From Malacoraja senta (taxonomy: Eukaryota), in contig CM075989.1 of NCBI GenBank assembly GCA_038087875.1, forward strand, positions 24,926,001 to 24,990,000: a stretch of 64,000 bases of DNA, given 5' to 3'. The notes beneath the pieces were generated by a model. That model saw nothing but the letters and a program-made list of their open reading frames with translations, made no database searches and was not told the DNA's origin. The number at the start of each line of letters is the position of its first letter. Position 1 is the stretch's first letter. Shown in pieces: positions 35,301 through 46,339 of the stretch. The translations under genes and the position numbers were made by a program.

Positions 35301-36738
35301 CTCAAGGTAGACAATTAAGAACAGTAATCCTCTTGATACAATGACAATGTAAAAAATATATATTTTTGCATTAGTAAATAAAATATCCCTTTAATTCATT
35401 CTGTACAACTACCTGCCTTATATCCCCACCTTCTTGTTCAATAAGGAGATCCTGCATTTCTTTATCACTTAGATCATCCATTTAGTCCCTCTATGCAATT
35501 GTCTCTTTCCTTATACAACAAGCTAATTTTTCCAGAGGTTTCCTCCTTGCTCTAGTGCAAAGTTTCCTTTGCTATCCTCATGTCATCTATCATTCAACTC
35601 GTTCAGCAGCATCACTGATAATTGAAGGTGTTACTTCCTGCTCCCAATTTCACTTCCCAGCCAACTTTCACCTTAATTAGTGTTGTCAGCTTCTACACAG
35701 TTCTGGATAAGACATAGTTACCTGCAGCCCATACAATGAACCATGTTCTCTTAACATCGATTCCATTCTTTTGTATTGTCACTGAATGAATGGTGACTGA
35801 GTGACTGAATGTCACTTATTTTACTGAAACTGGAAATGTCCACAATCGCTGGAGAAACTCAGCGGGTGAGGCAGCATCTATGGAGAAAAGGGTTTTGAGC
35901 CGAAACGTCGCCAATTCCTTCTCTCCATAGATGCTGCCTCACCCGCTGAGTTTATCCAGAATTTTTTGTCTACCTTCGATTTTACCAGCATCTGCAGTTC
36001 TTTCTTAAACATGTTGTCCACAATCGCCGTTCAACTGGTCTTAATTATGATAGATCTTACTTATGAGCTGCAGGATCTGCACATCCGCTTCTTCCTTGAA
36101 GACAGAGCTCCCCCTTTCCCCCTCTTGTTCCCCATCCCCGTAACTCCTCCAAAAACAATTTCTGCAGCTCCTACTCTAAGAGTTCTCTAAACCTACGCCT
36201 TTGATCAAGATTTTGATCTTTCTCCTTAAATTCTCCCTTTAGGCCTAGCATCTCTCGTCTTGTTCCTTTTTGTGAAGAAGAATATTCGCCTAAAACAGAC
36301 ACGAAATGCTGGAGTAACTCAGTGGGACAGGCAGCATCTCTGGAGAGTAGGAATGGGTGACGTTTCAGACAGAGACACTTCTTCAGACTCTAGGGGGAAG
36401 GGGACAGGGGGAAGGAGGGGGAGACGGTGAGTGTGAGAGGGAGGAGGGGGGGTGGGGAGGAGGGGGGTGGGGTGAGGGCGACGTGAGGGGGAATGGGTGA
36501 GGGGGAGGAGGGTGGGGGGAATGGATGAGGGGGAGGGGGGGGTGAGGGCGACGTGAGGGGGAATGGATGAGGGGGAGAGGGGGAGAAGGTGGGGTGAGGG
36601 GGGACTGGGGGGGCGGGAATTCCGCTCTAGGTTTAGCCGTGCTCGATGTTTGTCCCTCGGCCTCCTCACCTGATCCAAGGCGATTTCCTCGAACCAGTTG
36701 TGGAGCAGCACGGACGAGTTGTACGTCCTCTCGCCCAT
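23137..36738 (-). CDS. CFAP161: Cilia- and flagella-associated protein 161, complete spliced CDS: join(36670-36738, 31539-31628, 28523-28755, 27378-27459, 27055-27213, 24033-24106, 23137-23347), 918 nt, 305 aa
   Basis: Seven exons (69+90+233+82+159+74+211 nt) splice in frame via GT-AG introns with no internal stop. Motifs match recalled vertebrate CFAP161/C15orf26: NWFEEIALDQ, DGHIHFGDAVLLINP, RNTFII, LRYGQNF, KKSRMQLV, CWQVLYLDPQMRLEYDGYPVPAN, FGREHEITTHTFFDPHRAE, NHWMIVTGDP. IL16 lies downstream, as in human. Confidence 0.96.
23506..23937 (+). mobile_element. CR1-derived element with a distinctive ~40-nt head, antisense in CFAP161 intron 6
   Basis: RMRGDLIETY...GLDTVDAERMFPLVSESRTREHSLRIKG; tail GGGCCGAATGGCCTAATTCTACTCCTATCACTTATGA. 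Confidence 0.75.
24033..24106 (-). CDS. CFAP161: CFAP161 exon 6 (ANVKVLINHTRTNQALAVFQQHSF-W)
   Basis: Acceptor ttttctag/GCT; donor TTG/GTAAGT; 74 nt; resembles human ANAKILINHCHTNRGLA. Confidence 0.92.
25545..25842 (+). mobile_element. tRNA-derived V-SINE (HE1-like), near full length, in CFAP161 intron 5
   Basis: A box TGGCGCAGCGG (25554-25564), B box GTTCGATCC (25598-25606), V-domain GGAGTTTGTACGTTCTCCCC...GCTCCGGTTTCCTCCCAC, LINE-like tail GGCTGAAGGGCATGTTTCCACACTGTATCTCTAATCTAAAC. Confidence 0.85.
26463..26923 (-). mobile_element. CR1-clade LINE 3' fragment in CFAP161 intron 5
   Basis: (TTCTATGT)n-type tail; reverse strand encodes YEERLDRLGLYSLEFRRLRGDLIETYKIL. Confidence 0.85.
27055..27213 (-). 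CDS. CFAP161: CFAP161 exon 5 (LFLTSDMQLFLKFAKKSRMQ...DPQMRLEYDGYPVP)
   Basis: Acceptor ttcttctcttccag/CTA; donor CCA/GTATGG; 159 nt. Confidence 0.94.
27378..27459 (-). CDS. CFAP161: CFAP161 exon 4 (S-VDGSCKGDPLRYGQNFTLRTLEGLSGQ)
   Basis: Acceptor tttctatcag/TGT; donor CAG/GTAACA; 82 nt; completes the phase-2 codon AGT. Confidence 0.93.
27583..27745 (+). mobile_element. V-SINE 5' half
   Basis: tRNA-like head plus V-domain, abutting a PLE remnant. Confidence 0.7.
27755..27960 (+). mobile_element. Degenerate Penelope-like GIY-YIG remnant in CFAP161 intron 3
   Basis: GGTCTCCTCCACTGTCAGCGTGAGGCC...TATGAACATTGATTTCTCTAATTTCAAGTAACCCTTGC, homologous to 1032-1170. Confidence 0.7.
28523..28755 (-). 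CDS. CFAP161: CFAP161 exon 3 (TELAKNADGHIHFGDAVLLINPG...RNTFIIT)
   Basis: Acceptor ttatttag/ACT; donor AAG/GTAAGT; 233 nt, ends in phase 2. Confidence 0.94.
30889..30985. repeat. 15-bp tandem repeat (AGGCAGCTAGGTAGT), about 6 copies
   Basis: Direct inspection. Confidence 0.9.
31539..31628 (-). CDS. CFAP161: CFAP161 exon 2 (DVLKDFINRKERGELLMQKLGSFKDDLLNK)
   Basis: Acceptor tcttgcag/GAT; donor AAG/GTGACT; 90 nt; resembles human ELMKDFLEKRDKGKLLIQ. Confidence 0.92.
32655..33022 (+). mobile_element. Degenerate Rex1-type LINE 3' remnant in CFAP161 intron 1
   Basis: Decayed VERVRSFTFLGINTSGDLPWAQH and NFYRSTVES; 3'UTR-like GCTGCTGCAAGCAAG. Confidence 0.55.
33024..33235 (-). mobile_element. V-SINE 3' part
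   Basis: (TTTAG)n tail and V-domain on the reverse strand. Confidence 0.7.
33406..33561 (+). mobile_element. Fold-back pLTR-derived mini-element with 13-bp TSD (1 mismatch)
   Basis: 38-bp inverted arms 33407-33444 and 33481-33518; CTGTATCTTCCAA (33393-33405) / CTGTAGCTTCCAA (33562-33574). Confidence 0.75.
33632..33988 (+). mobile_element. CR1-clade LINE 3' fragment
   Basis: KGLDTLEVGNMFPMLGESRTRGHSLRIR...LWNSLPQRAVEAGSLDAFKRELD; (CTATTGT)n tail. Confidence 0.85.
35850..36014 (+). mobile_element. Fold-back pLTR-derived mini-element with 13-bp TSD in CFAP161 intron 1
   Basis: Inverted arms about 35849-35890 and 35917-35959; exact direct repeat TGTCCACAATCGC at 35837-35849 and 36015-36027. 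Confidence 0.8.
36393..36618 (+). repeat. G-rich low-complexity tract (G-quadruplex-prone) at the start of CFAP161 intron 1
   Basis: Many runs of 4-8 G; internal duplication GGGGTGAGGGCGACGTGAGGGGGAATGG. Confidence 0.8.
36670..36738 (-). CDS. CFAP161: CFAP161 exon 1 (MGERTYNSSVLLHNWFEEIALDQ)
   Basis: Perfect Kozak context GCCGCCATGG; donor CAG/GTGAGG; 69 nt, phase 0. Confidence 0.93.
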
Positions 36739-36771
36739 GGCGGCCGAGTGCAGGCCGGGCCCGCGCGTCCC

Positions 36772-36785
36772 GTCGCCACGGCAAC
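36772..36785. promoter_or_regulatory. RFX X-box 1 (GTCGCCACGGCAAC)
   Basis: Close match to the palindromic X-box GTTGCCATGGCAAC, 34 nt upstream of the ATG of a ciliary gene. Confidence 0.8.
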
Positions 36786-36816
36786 CGGACACGGCGCCCT
36801 CTGTCCCGCGCCGGGC

Positions 36817-36830
36817 GCTGCCATGGCGAC
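36817..36830. promoter_or_regulatory. RFX X-box 2 (GCTGCCATGGCGAC; minus strand GTCGCCATGGCAGC)
   Basis: Second X-box-like palindrome, 45 nt from the first. Confidence 0.7.
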
Positions 36831-37827
36831 GGGCCTAGTGCTGCAAGGCCTAGTGCAAAGCCTCGGGCCCGGGCAGTGGGACCACTGGGCTGCGGCACCC
36901 GGGCAGCGGGGTTCGATGGAGCGGCCCGACCAAACGCCCGTCTCCACCCAAGAAGTCAGCTATTCCTTCTCTCCAGAGATGCTGCCTGTCCCGCTGAGTT
37001 ACTCCAGCATTTTGTGTGTTTTTTCAGTGGAGACCAGCACCTGCAGTTCCTCTCTGTCACACACAGTGATTGTCTTGCCTGCTATCCGGTCAAACCATCC
37101 ATACATGCTCAAACCATGCAGACTATGGTGTCACAGTTACAGAGAAAGTGCAGATTTGAACAAGTATTGTTGTTTCAACTTATTGATTCCCCCCACATTT
37201 TATTGTACATTATCCAAGTGTATTGCATTTACAGCCTCATGCTGCTGCAAGTAAGAATTTTATTGTTAAGAATGTGGAAACATGGAACTACAGATGCTGG
37301 TTAATACCAAAAGGTTAAAGTATCATTCATTGAAAAGGACACAGAGTGCTGGAGTAACTCAGCGGGTCAGGCAGCATCTCTGGAGAACATGGATAGGTGA
37401 CGTTTCACACAGTGCTGGAGTAACTCAGCAGGTCAGGCAAAATCACTGGAGAACATGGATAGGTGACGTTTTGGGTCGGGTGCTTCTTCAGACTGATTCT
37501 TGCTGGGAGAGGGGATTGGTAGGGTGGCAGGTAAGAGGTGGACACTCCCTCTATCGATTATATCCATCCATTACCTGAAGGGCTTTGTCCTGCCTCTCCC
37601 TCTTCCACCAGAACTTCATTGTTCCCTCATTGGTGCAAATGATAATTAGACATTCTTGACTCTTAAAAGGATCACGGAATGGTAGTATGGGAATTGGGAA
37701 ATCATCTTTATTATCCATATATGCATACATGGCTGTAGAATGAGGGCAGGAGTGTCAGTGTCCGTTCTAGTTACTGGGTGAGACTGGCAATGGTTTCAGG
37801 AGTGTGACTACGTTCTGTTAAACCCAG

Positions 37828-40484
37828 TTTCATGAGATAACGACCCCCTATCTATTTAATTTATATACTTACGTTTTTAAAGAAAATAAACTACCTGAAA
37901 CATTAGCAGAATCAACTATTACGCTTATTCCAAAGAAAGATAAAGATCTAGAGGAACCGGGCTCATATAGAGCTATATCACTTTTAAATACAGACCAGAA
38001 AATTCTAGCAAAGACTTTAGCTAGAAGACTAAGCAAATATATTAGTAAATTGATAAACCCTGATCAAACGGGGCTTATACCCAAAAGATATTCATTTAAT
38101 AATTTGAGACGCCTGTTTAATATAATGTACTCACATAAAGTGGAGGAAAAAGACTTAGCAATTATTTCTTTGGACGCAGAGAAAGCATTTGATCAGGTAG
38201 AATGGCAGTATTTATACAAAGTATTACAAAAATTTAATATGGGAGAGAATTTTATTGCATGGGTGAAATTATTATATGATAAACCGATGGCAAGAATATT
38301 AACTAACAGCATGTTATCTCAAAAATTTCAATTATCAAGGGGTAATAGGCAGGGATGTGCTTTATCACCCCTGCTATTTGCCCTTATGATAGAACCTCTG
38401 GCTGAAAGTATAAGAAGTCATCCGAATATTCAGGGTTATAATACTAGGGACTCAAATAATAAAATTTCATTGTATGCAGACGATATTTTGTTATATATAA
38501 CAAATTCACAAACGAGCATACCAAATTTATTAAATTTAATAGAGGAATTTGAGTCCTTTTCTGGATATAGAATAAACTGGAACAAAAGTGAAATCATGAC
38601 GTTAAAACCTCAAGAATCTACACACTTATTGAAATTCCCCTTTAAAATAGCAACAGAAAAATTCAAATATTTGGGTATTCAGATTACTAGAAAACATAAA
38701 GCTTTATTCAATGCCAATTTTATACCCTTAATAAATAAACTTAATATAATGATAAAATTTTGGAAAACACTCCCTTTATCATTAATAGGCAGAATAAATG
38801 CTATTAAAATGAGCTTCCTACCACAGTTATTATACCTATTTCAATCTATACCAGTATATGTACCAAAATATTTTTTTTCTAAACTGAACGCTAATATTAC
38901 TAATTTTGTTTGGGATTATAAATCACATAGAATTTAAAAAGAACACTTATGTAAACCAAAAGATGTCGGGGGACTTTCACTCCCAAATTTTTTGTATTAC
39001 TATTGGGCAATACATATTAAGAATATAATTTACTGGTTGGATAGTTCAACTCAACAGACAGAATGGATAAAAATGGAGAAAGAGGATTGTTATCCTTGTA
39101 ATATAGGAACAATCCTCTTCTCCCCGAAAAAAATGAACAATACAATATATAAGAAAAACCCAATTATACAAGATACAATAAGAATATGGAAACAAATAAA
39201 ATTATCCTTAAAATTAAGAAACCTATCATTGTTAACACCGATAGCGAATAATCCTTTATTTAAACCATCTATGATGGATAAAATATATAATCAATGGGAA
39301 AGTTTAGGAATTAAAAGGATCGGGGACATGTATGAAATGGGAGATTTATTATCATTTCAACAATTACAATTAAAATTTAAACTGAAAAACACTCATTATT
39401 TTAAATATTTTCAGATTTGTAATTTTTTGAAGACATACATACAGGGATATCAAAAAATAACTCCTGATTTACTAGAAGAAGTAATGAATATAAAAGCTGA
39501 TACACAAAAATTAATATCATATTTATATAATAGTATCTTAAATATAGATTTACCTGTGACCGAGGTAATTAGAGAAGAGTGGGAACGGGAATTATTGATA
39601 AAAATTACGAAGGCTACATGGGAAAAGTATTTGACATACATTCACAAGTGTTCGATTAACGCAAGACATAATCTAATCCAATTTAAAATTTTACATAGAT
39701 TATATTACTCAAAAACAAGATTAAATAAATTTTATCCAAATATATCGCCCATTTGCGATAAATGTTTAACCCAAGACGCAACTATAACACACTCTTTTGT
39801 TTCTTGTATAAAACTTCATGGATTTTGGAGTGAAATTTTCGAAATATTTACAAAACTATTTAAGATAAAAATGGAACCCAATAATGAATTGATTATATTT
39901 GGGGTAATGGAAGACGGGAACAAATTGAGCTCATCTCAAAAGTCAATTTTTAATTATGGTTTAATAATAGCAAAAAAATTAATATTGAAATTTTGGAAAA
40001 ATACACCAATACCAACGCTCAAAATGTGGATTGCAAGTATGTTGGATACCGCACATCTTGAGGAAATGCGATTCCTCCTAATAGATAAATTTGACCAATT
40101 CATAACGAGTTGGTCTCCATTTGTCGTCTTTTTGGAAACATATGGTGCAAAACAGGTGTAAAAGCTAATCCGTGACTGCGGATGGTCAAGATTATAAATG
40201 ATCTCCTTCTATTTTCTTTTCTTCTCTTCTCTTCTTTTATTCTCTTTCTTCTATTTTCTATGTCTCAACTTTCTTTTTTCATTCTTTATTTTTCTTTTTC
40301 ACACACTATATATCTCACACTTTTCTATTTTTCATTATCTAACTTTTTTCTTTTTCTTCTTTATTACAAAAAATTTAAAAAAATAAGAAGCTGTACATAA
40401 AAGGTATTATGAAAATATGATTGTATACAATTGTACTTACTTCTAATAAAATAAAAATATTTTAAAAAAAATTTAAAAAAAAAA
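37828..40484 (+). mobile_element. 5'-truncated L1-clade LINE (ORF2 RT plus C-terminal CCHC knuckle), young
   Basis: One reading frame 37828-40161 with a single TAA at 38935-38937. Motifs YRAISLLNTDQKIL, SLDAEKAFD, GNRQGCALSPLLF, LYADDILL, KYLG, GGLSLPN, CDKC-x8-H-x4-C. T-rich 3'UTR, AATAAA and A-rich tail. Candidate TSD AAACCCAG (37820-37827) / AAAACCAG (40481-40488). Confidence 0.93.
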
Positions 40485-41369
40485 CCAGCAGCTGAGGGGA
40501 TTGGAACAAACAACGAGCTGCTGGAGGAACTCGACAGGTCAGGCAGCACCTGTGGAAGCAAAGGTATAGTTGCCGTTTGTTCTTCTGCTTAGTAATCAGC
40601 TTTTGGAATTTCTCCAGATTTTTGTGTCCATCTTTGGTTTAAAGCAGCATCTGCAGTTCTTTCCTACAGCATTTGTCGGATTATCAGGTGCACATACGTT
40701 TTTTGTTAAAAGTCAATTTTGGTTTATTGGCCTGTATTGTGCTGTAGTTCTATATAAGCTAGAAGCTTAACAGGAATCTGGCATCTGTTGTTCCAGCATA
40801 ACAATGTCCTTGCCTTTGTGTATTTTGACATCAACACAAAATGCTGGAAGTACTCAGCAGGTCAGGCAGCATCAATGGATGGAGAAATGGTTAACATTTC
40901 AGGTTCCTGGTCTTTATAGACAGAACAAATGTTAGAAATCAAATGTGCTTTAAGTTCAAGGAAGCAAATGTGGTCACCTCCCTTTAATGAATGTTCCCTT
41001 GTTTTCTCCACCCTTCTTCCTCTGGACTTTAAAACACATTTAATTCCTCATTTTCCAGTTCTGATAAAATCTGAAACATTAACTTTGTTTTCCTCACAAT
41101 GAATGCTGTCTGACCTGCTATCTGTAGAACTTTTTGATTTTATTTCGTATTTCCCATTTTTTCTTTGCCCGATATGTTGATGCATTTGAGAATGACCTAA
41201 GGGAGGATAAGCTAAATTTGCCGATGTTACAGAGATGCAGAAATAGAGGAACACAGTGGTGCATACACAAAGTGACCACCTCCTTGTAAATGAGTCAAGT
41301 CAAGAGTGTTTAATTGTCATACGTACCGACAATGGAACAGTGAAATTCTTACTTGCAACAACAAACTAT

Positions 41370-42072
41370 AGGCGGACTTTAGGAGGAGAGGAACACCCTT
41401 GTCCCCTGTCTCCATCAATGGTGTGGATGTGCAGTTTACCATGGAGACAGTAAACTGGACTGGACCAGGAATGCTGAGGCCCTGTACAAGAAGGGACAGA
41501 GCCAGCTGTACTTTTTGAGAAGGCTTCACTCCTACAACGTCTGCAGTAAGATGCTGCAGATGTTCTACCAATCAGAGGTAGCCAGTGCCATCTTCTTCAC
41601 TGCCGTGTGCTGGGGCAGCCGGGCGAAGGTCGCGGATGCCAATAGGATCAACAAACTCATCAGAAAAGCTGGCTCCGTCCTGGGGGTCGAGTTGCATTCA
41701 TGGGAGTTGGTCTTGGAGGGGAGGATGCTTCTTAAACTGCGGAGCATCCTGGACAATACAGCTCACCCCCTCCATGACACACTGATCAACCTGAGGAGTA
41801 CCTTCAGCAACAGACTGGTTCCACCAAGATGCAGGACAGAACGCCACAGGAGATCCTTCTTCCCTGTGGCTATCAAACTTTACAACTCCTCCCCCTTCTG
41901 TCGTGGGGTAGACTGAGACTGACTCCCCTCCCCCCTCCCTCCCCAATCTTTGCACATCCCCCAAACCTTTCCTCTCGTCACTTTAATTTCATGTTTCATG
42001 TATTTTGTGTTTTTGACTGATGGCAGATCAATTTCCCTCCTGGGATAAATAAAGTTCTATCATATCATATCA
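41370..42072 (+). mobile_element. Rex1/Babar-type LINE 3' fragment, nested in an opposite-strand Rex1-type 3' end (about 41316-41360 and 42075-42390)
   Basis: LYFLRRLHSYNVCSKMLQMFYQS, HPLHDTL, RTERHRRSFFPVAIKLYN; tail TTTCCCTCCTGGGATAAATAAAG-(TATCA)n. Confidence 0.75.
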
Positions 42073-45000
42073 AAAAACAGGCACAATATCACAACACACA
42101 TAGATAATGTGTAATAAAAATTCAAATAAATTAATAACCCCAATACTAGTGCAAAAAAACCCTAAAGTCCTTTGTGCAACCGAACACAGTCCACAATTCA
42201 TCAGTTCAAGTATAGTTCATGTATTGTTCAAGAGCCTGATGGTTGTTGGGAAGAAACTATTCTTGAACCTGGTGGTCACAGTTTTCATACCCCTATGCCT
42301 TCTTCCCGATGGTAGAAGAGAAATGAGAATGTGGCCAGGGCAGTGTGGGACTGACGCCAGCTGCCTTTTTGAATCAGTGCTTCCTATAGATATTGCTTAA
42401 AGGACCAAACAAGCCAGCTGGCTACAAGCCTGGACTGATCAGAAGTCCGATCCAGGTGTTGACACAGAGTTCGAGCAGCAAATAATTTATAAGAATAAGA
42501 AGGAACCGCAATGACATCTACACAGTTCCTTGAAGGTTTAAAAGGAAAACAGCTGATAGACTGTTTGCCATGGCATGAGCATCCAAACGTAGGGGCCACA
42601 GTCACAGGGTGACAGATTGGTCAGTTTGGACTGAGATCAGAGTAAATGTCCTCACCCTGATGATTATGTCATGGGGAACACTGTGTACAAGACTGTGATG
42701 GATTGATTTTGGGCACGATGGGACTAGGGGACTGGGTGGGGAAATAAATATAATAATATTTATTATATTTTAATATCATAAAAACCATGATAAAAAATGG
42801 GGGAATATGCATGATGCCTTCTCCTGATCATATTGTTTTATTGGCTACATGGTTTCATGAAGTTAAAGCAGAACATATAATTCCCTTTGTTCTTCGTTAT
42901 TTAACCCGATTAACTTCAAATGATTAGATATCAATGTAACTGAAATAAAGCAGGAATAAAGTGATGTGTTAGTTTTCCACTCTCAATTGAAAGGCAGGAA
43001 ATCTTCCTTTATTGTTCAAGATCTGATAGAGTGGGCAATGACCTTTGCATTAAAAAAAAAGTCAGTATATATGGATAGATTGAAGGAAAAGTGACATTCT
43101 GTAAAACCTCATAAATGGAGCTCCGTGCGATCAAACCGAATGAGGACTTTATGCCCTTATCTTGGTTGCACAGGAAACCCACCCCATCATGGTGGGAAGT
43201 TTATCAGGATTGTCTCAAAGCAGCAAATTATCTAAATGCCTCAGGGGGAAGCAAATGAACTGGGAGGCATCAATATAGTCCAGACTAATGACCAGCCTCA
43301 CAAATTATCAGGCAAATGCTATTTGATTCAAAAAGGGAAATTTTGCTCCAAATCTCTTCATCCTAAACCAGGATGGCTTGCAGCATGGAGTATAAGTTTA
43401 CATTAAATATACATTTACTGCAAAGTTATCCATGGATGGAATCTGAACAACTCCATAATTACAATGACTTTCTGTGACACTGCTTCCCTCGTTTCTAGGG
43501 AGCTGTGCCTATTTAGGATGCTTTCAATCCCACGTCATGTCTGAGGTACATATTAATTATTTACACATTAAATCTATGAGAGATAAAATGCATTTATTTT
43601 GAACATTTGTTTTACAAAGTTGTTGCAGTTCTGTAGTATCATGACTTTTAAACAATTTAAACGCTGACTTTTAAAAAGAAATTAAAGTTGAGAATTCTAC
43701 AATCGTATTTTTGTGCTGCACTGAAAATTGTAATAAATATGAAAATGAGTGAACATAAGTTATACATTTACAGACCGCATAAGGTGTCGTTCCGGCCTTG
43801 TTAATGCCCAGTTTGGGCTCCAATTGTATTGTTTTTGTTCCAATAAACAATGTAACTAAAAAGTCATATTGAGAATATATGGCTGATAATATGAGTTTCC
43901 TTTCAAATTATGTAGCAGTGGGAGAAACAATAGGTCGGGTGGAAACTCACACATACTCTGCAAATGATAATTGCCTCAAGTCAAGAGAGGATAGTTTAGT
44001 AGCAGTATTTGCAAAAAGATGGGAAGTAAGAATTTTGGATGAATCCATTCAACCGTGAAAATTCAGTTCATAAACAAAGGTGGATGAACTAGGTCCAACA
44101 ATGACTTAGATGCTGCTGCACCCGCTGAGTTTCTCCAGCATTTTTGTGTACCAACAATGACTTGACTGACTGGGGAAGGAGAGTACCAGATAACATAAAT
44201 AAGGTCTGTAATTTTTAAAGTCAGAAACAGCATTGCACAGCACCACATGTGTTTGTGTTACAGTCTAATTTATATGGAGAATAAAATAAAAATCATGGAA
44301 TTTTCATGTCGATCTCAAATTCCGCTTTTTGTTCTGTGGTTCTCTGTGCGTGTAATTCTTGATACAGAGGCCTGCGTGTGTGTCTGGTCTGCATCTCTGG
44401 AATTGCCATGGATGCCAGAGAGGCTAACACCGTCCACAGGCTACCCGTGCAGAAGTACTGTGCTGGTGAGATTAAAGGGACCTTCCCTGAGCAGGTCTCG
44501 GTCCAGTGCCCTAGATAACCAGTAAGTAGTCTATTTGCCTGATCTTCCATCAAGCTCCCCACAACGCTCACAGAGACAAATAACCTCTTAGTCCTCGCAC
44601 AAATCCCTGGCCCCTCACCTTCATGGCTTTTCTGAACCTGCTCCATTCTGGACTTATCTCCTCAGCCTTTCACAAAAGGAAGGCCTCATCTCATATAAGG
44701 TCTGTTTAGTCGTGCTCTTGAGTTTCCTAGAGGTGGGGTTATGAACAACATATTTGCACCACACCATAATTACAATAGACAATAGGTGCAGGAGTAGGCC
44801 ATTCGGCCCTTCGAGCCAGCACCGCCATTCAATGTGATCATTGATCATCCACAATAATGTACATAATGCGTCTTGGCAGAGACTGGTAAAATTCTAAACC
44901 TAAATTTTCACCAGAAGACTGACCTGTTGCCTTTGATGTTTATCAAAATTCATTTAATTTATAAGGAAACTAGAGACACTAGATGATTTTTTAAATCTCA

Positions 45001-46339
45001 AATGTGCATAGTTATGGTGTTGACTCCATCTGTTTTGAAGCAGCAACATTTGAAGCGATAGATTACTGCCAGCTCCTGCACATTCCCTGCTACCACTTCT
45101 CACGGGTATATTTCATTTCTCCGTTGGAAGCTCCTACATGTTACAACAACCAAGTAATCCCAGAGAAATGTAATGCAGTTCATAGCTGGGGTCACAGCGT
45201 TTGGAACTGGGAATTAAGCTGTTAAAGGTTGAGGCTGGTCCAAAAAATGGGAGAGGAATTAGTGAAGGTAGGAACTATATTGCTGTAAGTGTTTCCCTTA
45301 AAGCAATCAATTCCTAAATACAACATTAATGTACTCAGTGATATATTACAGATAACTGCCTAGAAATTCAAGAGAGAGCTAGATGGGGCTCTTAAAGATA
45401 GCGAGATAGCGGAGTCAGGGGTACTGATTGGGGATGATCAGCCATGATCACATTGAATGGCGGTGCTAACTCGAAGAGCCGAATGGCCTAGTACTGTACC
45501 TGTTGTCTATTGTCATCCCTGGTGAGTAGCAGAGTACATTGCACTGGCACAACTACATACAGCATTACAAGTCAGGATGGGTTTATTGCCATTTGCATGT
45601 ACAAATGGTTTATTGCCATTTGGGCAACATTGACATTGTGAGCCCAACTTCCTGAAAGTCCACAATAAAATTGAAACACATCAAAGAAACCCGTGTAGTG
45701 TGCGGTTGAGTAATTGGCAAAGAATCAAACAGTAAGGGCTGCCAGCTTGTCGCTGCTCTCGTGAAGGAGGAAGATTTTGTTCATTGAATTTGTGGAAGGT
45801 AATTTTGTATATTCTGGAGGTTATTTTGAAACGCAAAAGGTAGTTACTAGTCATCTCCACTTGAGGTCTCTGATCGATCGTTCAGCAGAGGAGGCATGCT
45901 GGGACACACTGGAATGCACAAGAGAACTAAGATTAACAATAACAGGAGAAGAACCAGGGAGAGCAGGAACTGCAGGAATAACCACAGCTTACTACACCCA
46001 AACCTGCAAGTACAAAGTGAGAAGAGAGTGAGAGGTGCAGTGTGCTAAAGGCTACATCCTCCTACACGATTGGATAGGTCCCTTTTCTACAGAGATGCTG
46101 CCTGACCCGTTCAGTTACTCCAGCTTTTTGTGTCTATCCACGGTGTAAAGCAGCATCTGCAGTTCCTTCCTGCACAGATTGGATATGTCTCCTTGAAGTA
46201 ACAAACCACGTGGTCTCACAAGATTCAGTCACAAAAGGTTCCCACAGATGTCTGTCTGCTTAATTAGTGGCTATCAAGTTACCACCGCCATCAATCTGTT
46301 TGCCTTACAATCCTTCCAGTTTCTACTGGAGATTGAAGT

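Larger units (their letters stand above)
36620..36945 (-). promoter_or_regulatory. CpG-rich promoter/first-exon region of CFAP161
   Basis: Sharp rise in GC and CpG content around the ATG compared with the AT-rich flanks. Confidence 0.8.

Noticed and set aside
36294..37062. Inverted pLTR copies bracketing the CFAP161 promoter and exon 1, suggesting a composite element
   Set aside because: No shared TSD found, and the family is dense enough for this arrangement to occur by chance.
36319..37304. Long ORFs on both strands around CFAP161 exon 1
   Set aside because: Produced by the GC-rich promoter, the G tract and repeats; only 36670-36738 is supported as coding.
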